A stretch of 61,846 bases of DNA from a virus: the IMG/VR virus record IMGVR_UViG_3300033566_000071, positions 1 to 61,846 of that record, one strand, 5' to 3'. The number at the start of each line of letters is the position of its first letter. Position 1 is the first letter of the stretch. Below, piece after piece: positions 26,913 to 34,370 of the stretch. The translations under genes were made by a program, and so were the position numbers. Under the pieces are notes generated by a model, which was not told the DNA's origin, made no database searches, and saw nothing but the letters and a program-made list of their open reading frames with translations.

Positions 26913-27015
26913 GGTGGCTATCTAATTTTTAGATAGGTGGTGTCCTAATTTTTACATGCCTCCCAGCAGCTGGGGTTGTCCCGATTCTGGACACGAACTG
27001 TCCCGTTTTCGGACA
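26913..27015. promoter_or_regulatory. Operator-like palindrome array in the divergent control region
   Basis: Four sites: CTATCTAATTTTTAGATAG (26918..26936, flanked by GGTGG), TGTCCTAATTTTTACA (26941..26956), TGTCCCGATTCTGGACA (26977..26993) and TGTCCCGTTTTCGGACA (26999..27015). Confidence 0.6.
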
Positions 27016-27086
27016 CAAGGCCGGCCTTAGGTAGGTCGAGTGCCTCTTAGGTGTGTTTAAAAAATAGAGGAGCCGTTTCGGTCACT

Positions 27087-27152
27087 CCCCCCACCATCTC
27101 AAAACCCACTTCCCCTCTCTCACGCGTGGGCACGTGGCAGATGGTTGGGGGG
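27087..27152. other. Long GC-rich hairpin in the control region
   Basis: CCCCCCACCATCT (27087..27099) pairs with AGATGGTTGGGGGG (27139..27152) at 12 of 13 positions. The loop contains the CACGCGTG and CACGTG palindromes. Confidence 0.5.
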
Positions 27153-27409
27153 CAGGGGTTACAATGACAAGCATTGTGTGCTACCGCACGGCGTCGAAGG
27201 CGAAGCTACCGATAGGGAGGTTCTGCCTTCCGGTAAGAAAGCTCGGGGCCTGCGGCTGCTTTCCCTCGCTTTATGACGAACAGTAAGAATTGAGCCAAGA
27301 AACGGGATGACAGAAAGGGGTCTAGGAGCTTCTAGAAATAAAAGGATGAGTCTAGCTATTGGCCAAAATTGCGTCGATTCTAGGCCATTTGTGCAATTCG
27401 CCCATAAAG

Positions 27410-27640
27410 CTAATAATAGCAGTGACATGCAGCGCCACGCTTCTGCTCTCTTGTAATAATTCTATTGAGAATAGCACCCATCCTCACTATGAGCTCTTTC
27501 CTTCGCAAAACGAAATGCCGCATTTGCCCTACAATCGATGAAACCGCTCCGTCCTTGGCAATGCCCTTTCCGGCGAAATCGATTTTAAGGGCCTTTTCAG
27601 AGGCGTTCTTACATTCGTAGTAAGAATTAAAGTTTCTCAC
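27410..27640 (-). CDS. Possible small basic protein (regulator candidate), GTG start
   Basis: 76-aa ORF with gene-like codon choice and a possible HTH-like stretch, GIAKDGAVSSIVGQMRH. I found no RBS. Confidence 0.3.
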   Translation of the reverse strand: MRNFNSYYECKNASEKALKIDFAGKGIAKDGAVSSIVGQMRHFVLRRKELIVRMGAILNRIITREQKRGAACHCYY

Positions 27641-27708
27641 TGCGTTTGTCGATAAGATTGATGTGAGTGAGGCAAGCAGGAAGTAAGCAAATAAGAAAGG
27701 AACACTAT

Positions 27709-27906
27709 ATGATTAAGGTTGAAGTAGTAGGGGAAATCAAATGCGGAATGGAGCAGTATGTTGTTTATGTCAATGGAACATATATGTGCGAGCGCCCCAA
27801 TCCGCGCTATGCAAACACAAAGGCGCAGGCTTTTGCTGACAGGCTTAAAGCTGATGGACATAATGTTTCGCTAGCTCTCGCTAACTCCATACGAAAGGTG
27901 GCTTAA
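27709..27906 (+). CDS. Hypothetical early protein
   Basis: Start at MIKVEVVGE, preceded by AAAGGAA. It is the first gene of the plus arm. Confidence 0.6.
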   Translation: MIKVEVVGEIKCGMEQYVVYVNGTYMCERPNPRYANTKAQAFADRLKADGHNVSLALANSIRKVA

Positions 27907-27907
27907 G

Positions 27908-28087
27908 ATGGAATTCATTACGCTTAACGATCCGCTAGGTAAGTTCTGTTTCAATGTCTTTTTCTGGGTAATTTGTCTGTCGGGGTTTCTTAAGAATTGC
28001 GAACGAGAGCATAGCAATTATTCGAATTGTGTTAGTCAGTCAAGTGTTGAAAGTTGCCAATCCGAACCAATCTATAGGGGATATTAA
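27908..28087 (+). CDS. Hypothetical small Cys-rich/TM protein (59 aa)
   Basis: Hand-translated: MEFITLNDPLGKFCFNVFFWVICLSGF... It sits tightly between its neighbours and falls below the ORF-track length cutoff. Confidence 0.35.
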   Translation: MEFITLNDPLGKFCFNVFFWVICLSGFLKNCEREHSNYSNCVSQSSVESCQSEPIYRGY

Positions 28088-28088
28088 G

Positions 28089-28253
28089 ATGAGAAAAGAA
28101 CAAACATTGGCCAACGGATATTTGCCCCAACCTGATTCTGATACTTACGAATGGGAACAGCTATCCATGACAATGTGGGATGAGAATGAATTACCTCTTG
28201 ACGAAATTCTCAATAATGCGGGCATCATTTCACATGGCATCAAATTAGGCTAA
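28089..28253 (+). CDS. Hypothetical early protein
   Basis: Start set at MRKEQTLANGY, right after the upstream stop. Confidence 0.5.
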   Translation: MRKEQTLANGYLPQPDSDTYEWEQLSMTMWDENELPLDEILNNAGIISHGIKLG

Positions 28254-28324
28254 AGAATTGCCTAGCGGCTGCCGATAAGAGAATTATAAATCGGGCATAA
28301 TGCCCTCGATGAAAGGAAAATGAG

Positions 28325-28612
28325 ATGAAAAAGCAAGACGACTCGTACAATGGCTTTACAAACAGAGAAACATGGGCTGTTAGCCTACACATCCACAACG
28401 ACCAAGGCCTTTATTCGGAATATGTGGACATGCTCAACCGCTCTAATAGCCAGCATGAATTCGCTAAGGAATTGGAAGATTGGTTTACGGAATTGGTATT
28501 TACCATCCTGGAAGATGGTAAGTTGAGCAACGAAGCGCGCGGGATGGTGCTGGATATTGGAAGCCTATGGCGTGTCGATTGGTATGAGTTGGCAAGTGAG
28601 GCTGGGGAATAA
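28325..28612 (+). CDS. Hypothetical early protein (NGFTNRETW motif)
   Basis: 95-aa ORF with an AAAGGAAAA RBS. The motif recalls a widespread small phage protein family that I cannot name with certainty. Confidence 0.6.
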   Translation: MKKQDDSYNGFTNRETWAVSLHIHNDQGLYSEYVDMLNRSNSQHEFAKELEDWFTELVFTILEDGKLSNEARGMVLDIGSLWRVDWYELASEAGE

Positions 28613-28640
28613 TTCACTATAAAATGAAAGGAATGAAGAC

Positions 28641-28859
28641 ATGAGTGCAAACAAATACGGTGATTTAGGTAATGTAAAAGAGGATGCGAAAACACTATTC
28701 GAAGTGTTGAATAGACAAGGTCTTTCTTTTGGCATTGATGTACTCACTGAATTTGTGGGAACACATGCTGTAAAATTCAAGCTAGCGGACGAAGAGCGCA
28801 ATCTACTACTTAAAAATGTCAGCAACCAATTCAAGGAATCACTTTCGGAAAAGCTTTAA
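28641..28859 (+). CDS. Hypothetical early protein
   Basis: 72-aa ORF with an AAAGGAA RBS. Confidence 0.6.
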   Translation: MSANKYGDLGNVKEDAKTLFEVLNRQGLSFGIDVLTEFVGTHAVKFKLADEERNLLLKNVSNQFKESLSEKL

Positions 28860-28879
28860 TCTGAAGAAAGGGAAATGCA

Positions 28880-29293
28880 ATGCAGCTTATATTAGGCAAC
28901 GCCTCAACCTACACCAATCAGTCCGTATTTGATTATGTCTGCCAGCATTTGGCCAAGCAGGGCCGTAGGTCGGCTCGTGACGATGAAGATAGAGATACGC
29001 CTTATGGGTGCTTGTATAGGGGCCCCGAAGGAACAATGTGCGCGGTTGGGTGCCTTATTCCTGACGCTGAATATGACAAAAGCATCGAAGGGATGTCGAT
29101 ATTGAATATGAAAGAATCACAAGTGCCAATAGAGCTCATCCCTTTCAAGCGAAACGAGCTTCTCTATAAGTTGCAGGACGCGCACGACAGGGCTTTAAGC
29201 CCCGTACGTTTGCGTGAAATGCTAAACAAAATTGCCGCTTATTATGGGCTACATGATGACCAAATAACTCATATAACAACATGGGAAAAATGA
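28880..29293 (+). CDS. Hypothetical early protein (Cys-containing)
   Basis: 137-aa ORF with the motif GCLYRGPEGTMCAVGCLIPD. Confidence 0.6.
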   Translation: MQLILGNASTYTNQSVFDYVCQHLAKQGRRSARDDEDRDTPYGCLYRGPEGTMCAVGCLIPDAEYDKSIEGMSILNMKESQVPIELIPFKRNELLYKLQDAHDRALSPVRLREMLNKIAAYYGLHDDQITHITTWEK

Positions 29294-29294
29294 A

Positions 29295-29462
29295 ATGAAA
29301 ACAATTCTAGCGACAAAGGCCGCTGAGGCCGCATCGAGCCCGGAATCGGCGAGATTATTTGAGGCAAGTGCTCTTGTTCTGAAAGCTGTAACAATTGGAT
29401 TTTGCGGCATAGCGGTAATTATTCTGCTCCGCATTGTCCTGACAATTAGAAAGGGGAACTAA
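29295..29462 (+). CDS. Small C-terminally anchored membrane protein (55 aa)
   Basis: Hand-translated: MKTILATKAAEAASS...AVTIGFCGIAVIILLRIVLTIRKGN. It fills the gap between its neighbours exactly. Confidence 0.45.
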   Translation: MKTILATKAAEAASSPESARLFEASALVLKAVTIGFCGIAVIILLRIVLTIRKGN

Positions 29463-29463
29463 T

Positions 29464-29697
29464 ATGCACACAAACAAGTTGTGCGCGAGAGAATTGCAAG
29501 ACAAACGACAAGTAGTGTATGGCAGTGAGCAGCTTATCCGTAAGCTTGCGAGCGAGCTTATGGCCTTGGGGCTTCCAACAGGTATGCGGCAAATTGCCCG
29601 TGACACCTATTCAATCGATTTGCCGAGGGAAGAGCTTGAGACACTTGAGCGCCTGCACATAAGCGCCTATATGGCAAGAAAGGGGAGAAGTGCATGA
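29464..29697 (+). CDS. Hypothetical early protein
   Basis: 77-aa ORF with an AAGGGGA RBS. Confidence 0.55.
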   Translation: MHTNKLCARELQDKRQVVYGSEQLIRKLASELMALGLPTGMRQIARDTYSIDLPREELETLERLHISAYMARKGRSA

Positions 29698-29918
29698 AGC
29701 CAGCAAAGCATCTTGTTGAGGCATCACCTAGCTGGTGGCCAACGGCGCTCATCTTTTTTCGGACAATTAAAGCCATGCTATGGCTAGTGTTGGGGTTTTA
29801 TATGACGGTGACGGGTATTCTAATTCTAGTGCTGAGCGGCTGTCAAGAAAGGCCCCCGTTCCTCGGTGGAGCAGCGAAGGTGCATATTGTGACAACAGAA
29901 AGGTGGACAGGACCATGA
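29694..29918 (+). CDS. Small membrane protein / possible tiny lipoprotein
   Basis: ATGA overlap with the upstream gene. A hydrophobic stretch ends in the lipobox-like ILVLSGC. If processed, the mature part would be only about 25 aa. Confidence 0.5.
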   Translation: MKPAKHLVEASPSWWPTALIFFRTIKAMLWLVLGFYMTVTGILILVLSGCQERPPFLGGAAKVHIVTTERWTGP

Positions 29919-30109
29919 AAAGAGAAACTCGAAATTTAGCCATTCTTTCCACAATTATGGCTGGCCTCAATTTGATTGTCAGCGGAAGTATGGCCGTTAT
30001 TGCCTCTTTCCATGGCTTTCATTGGCTTGCCTTCCTCTTCTCGATGGTGGGTGCGGTTGCTGTCGCCATATTGTGTGAAGCCCTCAACGTTCTTTATAGG
30101 AGCAAATGA
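29915..30109 (+). CDS. Small two-TM membrane protein
   Basis: ATGA overlap with the upstream gene. Sequence: MKRETRNLAILSTIMAGLNLIVSGSMAVIASF..LAFLFSMVGAVAVAILC. Confidence 0.55.
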   Translation: MKRETRNLAILSTIMAGLNLIVSGSMAVIASFHGFHWLAFLFSMVGAVAVAILCEALNVLYRSK

Positions 30110-30110
30110 A

Positions 30111-30386
30111 ATGCGTCTTTTTATTAATAGTGTATGGGCATTGACGGCTATGTTTTGGATTTTTCTGGCATTCTCAGGTTGCCGCTCGGAGCACAGCATT
30201 AAAGCGTCCGGCACGGCCACTGTTAAGCACGTAATTTCAATTGAGTTTGCTGCATGTGACACACTTCCCGATCCCGACCGCTTGGAATGCGTGAAAACAT
30301 TCCTCGAAATTCTTGAGGCAGCCATCAAGGCCCAGGAAGCCGGAAACGGGGGGCCATTGCTTCCGACATCAGGAGGAATGCAATGA
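30111..30386 (+). CDS. Lipoprotein (signal peptide plus lipobox AFSGC)
   Basis: MRLFINSVWALTAMFWIFLAFSGC, followed by a soluble domain of about 67 aa. Confidence 0.6.
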   Translation: MRLFINSVWALTAMFWIFLAFSGCRSEHSIKASGTATVKHVISIEFAACDTLPDPDRLECVKTFLEILEAAIKAQEAGNGGPLLPTSGGMQ

Positions 30387-30559
30387 CCCTCCTCTCGATG
30401 TACGTTGCCTGGGCGAGGGCTTTGGGGCGGTTCCTGGGGATTGCTTTGGCCGAACTGGCAATTACCATCCTCTTCTTTCCCTTCATCCTAATCGTTGGCG
30501 TGGGCATTAGCCTTTTGTCTCTAATTGCGAAGCTCAATAGTGGGCGAGGGGGGAAATGA
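30383..30559 (+). CDS. Small two-TM membrane protein (58 aa)
   Basis: Hand-translated: MTLLSMYVAWARALGRFLGIALAELAITILFFPFILIVGVGISLLSLIAKLNSGRGGK. ATGA overlaps at both ends. Confidence 0.45.
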   Translation: MTLLSMYVAWARALGRFLGIALAELAITILFFPFILIVGVGISLLSLIAKLNSGRGGK

Positions 30560-30807
30560 TGCTTCTGTCAGAACAAAACGCGATGGCGCTCGGTAAGCCG
30601 GTGGCAGAGTATGTGTACGACTCATGCACAAGTAAGAGCAGGTACAGTAGCCGTGCATTAGCTGAACGTGTGGCAAGGCGTACAATGGAGGGCCAGGACG
30701 GCCAAGAGCTCGTGCGGGAAATGACGCTAAGAGTGTATGGGTGTAGCATATGCCTCGGCTGGCATTTGACGAGTAGGGCGGCTAGCAAAAGGTTTACTGG
30801 CCACTAA
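30556..30807 (+). CDS. Hypothetical protein with C-terminal CxxC-WH zinc-ribbon-like motif
   Basis: 83-aa ORF ending in RVYGCSICLGWHLTSRA. Confidence 0.55.
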   Translation: MMLLSEQNAMALGKPVAEYVYDSCTSKSRYSSRALAERVARRTMEGQDGQELVREMTLRVYGCSICLGWHLTSRAASKRFTGH

Positions 30808-31298
30808 GACAGCTATTCGAGCTGACGCTCGAAGTATGAGAGCTAAGCGAGAATGATTAGCGAATAACAGTATGTGGTTCACAGATTGTGAATAGACGGG
30901 CTGCTATGAATTAATTGGGAAGGTCTATGTATTGGGCTCGTACCTCGCCCATATGGGTAGCTAATAAGTAAGCGATTAACAGGTAGTCTAAAGCCTATGT
31001 ATTAATTCGCAGCACTTCGATCTCATCGCCCAGGGAGTCTGAAAACTGGGCTCGAGCTCTACGCTTTGCCCTTAGTCGCCCAGGGAGATCCGAGTATGCG
31101 GCTACTTTCCCTGGTCGCCTAATCGCTTGCTGCGTCCCGCAGCTTCGCTGGGCTTTGCTCATTACCGTTTGTTGTTAAATCAGATTATACTCACTTTCCC
31201 TCCCCCCCTGTCAAATTTTATTTTCAACATAAAGAAATTTTTATCTCTATCATTTTGGCTAGGCTTGCTGTATTTTTCTGCCAGAAATGGAGGACAAT
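30808..31298. promoter_or_regulatory. 490-nt repeat-rich noncoding region (candidate origin or regulatory hub)
   Basis: Hairpin TTCGAGC-tgac-GCTCGAA at 30816..30833. Palindrome TTCACAgatTGTGAA at 30878..30892. CTATGTATT occurs twice (30925, 30995). TCGCCCAGGGAG occurs twice (31026, 31076), with an inverted partial copy at 31109..31119. AAGCGATTA (30970) pairs with TAATCGCTT (31120). Confidence 0.5.
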
Positions 31299-31967
31299 AT
31301 GGCTAAGTCTAGGAAACATTTGAAAATCAATGCAAAATATGCCACCACCGTGGTGGACGCTGTTGTGAAAGATTCTGGTGATAGGGCCCTTCTAAGTGTC
31401 CTCCTCAAAGCGTTTGACGTTGGCAACGGAGCTAAGCTATCTGAAGTGCAGACAATTGTGGATAAAAAGAATGGGTTCTTGCGGGATGCCATCACTAAAG
31501 AACCAATAGATCACCAAGTGTGGAAGGCCAATGCTGGGCCTATTCCCAAAGGCTACATAATCTATCACTTGAACGGCAATAAGCTGGACAATACCTATGC
31601 AAACCTAATGGCTATGCCGAGAGCAGTATTTAGGACGGTGAAGCTCCTCTATCCCAACCCAGGGGAAGTACCCAACAAAGAGCACATCCTTGCTCTGATA
31701 GCTGCCTATCAAAAGAGTAAAACAAACACTGAGCAGATGGTGAGCGAGGCAGAAAAAGCTATGCTAGCTAAAGTGCTGAAGGAAGAAGACGCGCAAAGGC
31801 GAGATAGGGCCAAAGAGAAGAAGAAAGAATATTCTCTGAACAAAGACAAGCCGAAGGCAAGGCGCACCGAAGAAGAGAAGGACGCTATTGCAAAGTTTGT
31901 GGCTGAGAAGAAGGCGAAAGAAGAAGCTGCCAAAGCTCTTACACCAGCGTCGGAAATCCCCTGGTAG
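31299..31967 (+). CDS. HNH-type (HNH_3-like) protein with K/E-rich C-terminal tail
   Basis: Start at MAKSRKHL after a GGAGGA RBS. The motif is GYIIYHLNGNKLDNTYANLMAM. The C-terminus is lysine/glutamate-rich. Confidence 0.55.
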   Translation: MAKSRKHLKINAKYATTVVDAVVKDSGDRALLSVLLKAFDVGNGAKLSEVQTIVDKKNGFLRDAITKEPIDHQVWKANAGPIPKGYIIYHLNGNKLDNTYANLMAMPRAVFRTVKLLYPNPGEVPNKEHILALIAAYQKSKTNTEQMVSEAEKAMLAKVLKEEDAQRRDRAKEKKKEYSLNKDKPKARRTEEEKDAIAKFVAEKKAKEEAAKALTPASEIPW

Positions 31968-31997
31968 TGGTGTGAATATCCTCCCGACTTCCTCCGA

Positions 31998-32026
31998 GGG
32001 ATTCATTTAAGTGAGTCCCTTTTTTG
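31998..32026 (+). terminator. Rho-independent terminator
   Basis: GGGATTC-atttaagt-GAGTCCC (one G-U pair) followed by TTTTTT. Confidence 0.65.
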
Positions 32027-32202
32027 CGTCTATAGATTAAACGCTGTCTATGTTTTATTTTACAACCAAACAATGGCGGCGGCAGTTCCCTAAGTGAATG
32101 TAGGACAATTTAAAGAAGCCTCGATGGAACTAACATTGCATACAATGGTATGAGCCCCACAGCAAAAGTCCTGTTCGTAAATCAAAATAATAGGAGAATG
32201 AA

Positions 32203-34071
32203 ATGGCCAATACATCATGGAAACTTCACTCATGGCAGGATGAAAAGCTAACCGCACTAAAGGGGCTGATGAAGAGCCATAAGATTGTATGCCTAGCAGC
32301 ATGCACTGGGTTCGGTAAGACAGAGGTCGCGGCCAAGTTAATTGTGGACAACCCAAATGCTTCCTTTCTTGTCCTGGCGCATGGACTCACCAACCTCAAA
32401 AATCAATTTGCCGAGAGGCTCATTAGCCGTGTTGGCAGGGCTCACGTCTACCAGGCCGATGGTGCTGCTGAATTTATGTCATCCAGTGATTATAGGGTGG
32501 TGGTGACATTGCCTCAGACGGCTAAAAATTGCCCTAAATATCTGAAACGTTTTGATTTTCTAATTGTTGACGAAGCTCATCAATTTTATGATGAGGAAAA
32601 ATCAATGTATGCCACCATTCTTGGCGGCCTCAAAAAATCATGTAAACGTTTTTTGCTGACAGCCTCTCATTATGAAGTTGAGGCTGAGAAGGTGTTTTTT
32701 AGCAGAGAAGAGGCCTTTGCCAAAAGCACAGCCGATGATGTGAATGTGCAGCTACTCGAAACCGCACAAAAGCTTTCGCATGATGATTTTAATGCCAATG
32801 ATGAATTGAAAAAAGATATTGATTTGGCATTAGCTCCTATCTGGAAACAAATAAAACCTTTTTTGGACAAAAAACATTTCCCGCTTGTCATAAGTGTCAG
32901 TGGTATTGGGGTGGCAGAAAAGCTTATGAGGCAGCTCAAGAAATTTAAAATTGGAGAAAAGAAAATAGCAGCTATTGGAAGCTGGTCGGACGGAGGTGGA
33001 AATGACAGCTCTATGGCAGATAGGAATGGTAAGAATCTGGAGGCATTTGTCTCTGGAAAATATGATGTATGCGTTGTTGTCAATCGGGCGACATTGGGAT
33101 TCGACTACCCAGCTCTTCGAACATTCATTGACGCATCTTTTTCTATGAACATTGTCCGCATAGAGCAAATGATTGGAAGGCTTATGAGGCGCCACCCATC
33201 CTCGCCCAATAAGCAATTTGTCAAGCTTTGCGCAGCTCCCCTCTGGGACTATACGCAAATTATTATGGCAGCTGTTATGGGACTATCCGAAACAGAGCAT
33301 TACAAAGCATTCGATGGAAAATATAATACGACAGTGGCGAGGGAAAGGCCTCTTCCTACGCAAGGGAATGGTGGTGAAAAATCTAGTGAGGGAGAAGAGA
33401 AAGGCGACAGTAAGCGTTCCAATCCGCGTAAGCTTGAAATTACATTTCAGGCCTACTTGGAATATATGAAAGAAAGAGAAAAAGAGGGAGATAGTTGTAG
33501 TCTTAAGGAGGCTTTAGCTAAGTGTAAAGGTACTGTATATAAAGATCCGGAAGGAAGAGCTGAGAAGCTGAAAAAATTCATAATAGAGAACGGAAGGGCT
33601 CCGAAAGAGTCTGAGGGAATATTGGGGCGAGCACACCCGAAATACTTGTCGCCCAAAACGACCACATATAACCCAGATTACGCGGCGTTTTGTGCAGAGC
33701 ATGGCATAACAGTCAAAGCAGGCAGAAATTCCACATCCACGGAGGACAAGATCAAGAGAGCTATCAAGGAGTGGAGTAATGGTAAGGGCAGTATTAGCAA
33801 GACAGTAGAAAACTGGATTAGAGCTGGGCGAAGGTATATTCCAGAAGTTAGAGAGGCACTTGTGGCAGCTGGATGGCAATCAAATAAGATTGCTACGCAG
33901 GTCAAAATTGAATATGTATTAAATCAATACAAAACCGAAAGGGGGCTTGATAAGCTGGCGAGGAGGTATATATCGCCCAGCAGCCACCAGTTCTGCGCCG
34001 AGGCTCGGGAAGCGCTTATAGCTGCTGGGTGGAATCCTAAGGTAAATGTGACAAAAGGAAAATGCATATGA
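32203..34071 (+). CDS. SF2 DEAD/DEAH-box helicase with repeated C-terminal helical modules
   Basis: Motif I AACTGFGKT, motif II IVDEAHQF, motif III LTASHY and motif VI QMIGRLMRR. The C-terminus repeats EVREALVAAGWQS and EAREALIAAGWNP. Confidence 0.85.
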   Translation: MANTSWKLHSWQDEKLTALKGLMKSHKIVCLAACTGFGKTEVAAKLIVDNPNASFLVLAHGLTNLKNQFAERLISRVGRAHVYQADGAAEFMSSSDYRVVVTLPQTAKNCPKYLKRFDFLIVDEAHQFYDEEKSMYATILGGLKKSCKRFLLTASHYEVEAEKVFFSREEAFAKSTADDVNVQLLETAQKLSHDDFNANDELKKDIDLALAPIWKQIKPFLDKKHFPLVISVSGIGVAEKLMRQLKKFKIGEKKIAAIGSWSDGGGNDSSMADRNGKNLEAFVSGKYDVCVVVNRATLGFDYPALRTFIDASFSMNIVRIEQMIGRLMRRHPSSPNKQFVKLCAAPLWDYTQIIMAAVMGLSETEHYKAFDGKYNTTVARERPLPTQGNGGEKSSEGEEKGDSKRSNPRKLEITFQAYLEYMKEREKEGDSCSLKEALAKCKGTVYKDPEGRAEKLKKFIIENGRAPKESEGILGRAHPKYLSPKTTTYNPDYAAFCAEHGITVKAGRNSTSTEDKIKRAIKEWSNGKGSISKTVENWIRAGRRYIPEVREALVAAGWQSNKIATQVKIEYVLNQYKTERGLDKLARRYISPSSHQFCAEAREALIAAGWNPKVNVTKGKCI

Positions 34072-34256
34072 AAAAGTGTATCAAGTGTGGGCGTTGTGTT
34101 AGTTTAAGTAAACTTAATGCTGCTGATAAAATAAAAATTAGCGAAATTGGATCGTCTGAGCTAGATCTCATCGAGTTTGATAATGAATTTGAATCAAGAT
34201 TGCCCAAATCATTTGAACAAAATATATGCATATGTGACTACAACTCAGACAGTTGA
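34068..34256 (+). CDS. Small zinc-ribbon-like protein
   Basis: ATGA overlap with the helicase stop. Starts MKKCIKCGRCVSL. Confidence 0.5.
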   Translation: MKKCIKCGRCVSLSKLNAADKIKISEIGSSELDLIEFDNEFESRLPKSFEQNICICDYNSDS

Positions 34257-34370
34257 CTCAACTACATAACGCAATTACAGGCCAATCTATTCCTATTGCA
34301 ATGGCCAGGAAATTGCTCTATAGAGCGTAGGAAAACACGGCTGCCCAGCAGCTTTTTGAGGAGAACACCC

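Noticed and set aside
27159-27541. ORFs 27159..27428 (minus) and 27359..27541 (plus) in the control region.
   Set aside because: Their translations are not protein-like (Leu/Ser/Pro/Cys-rich). They have no RBS and overlap the hairpin and repeat elements. I treated the region as noncoding, apart from the low-confidence 27410..27640 ORF.
31026-31119. Short direct repeats (TCGCCCAGGGAG twice) as a possible mini-CRISPR array.
   Set aside because: There are only two 12-nt copies plus an inverted partial copy. This is far shorter than CRISPR repeats, and there are no cas genes and no regular repeat-spacer periodicity.
34339-34356. Small hairpin GCTGC-cca-GCAGC plus TTTTT upstream of the 34371 gene, considered as a terminator.
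   Set aside because: The stem is only 5 bp with a 3-nt loop, and it sits directly on the RBS region. This is too weak to call. It is mentioned only as support for choosing the 34371 start.
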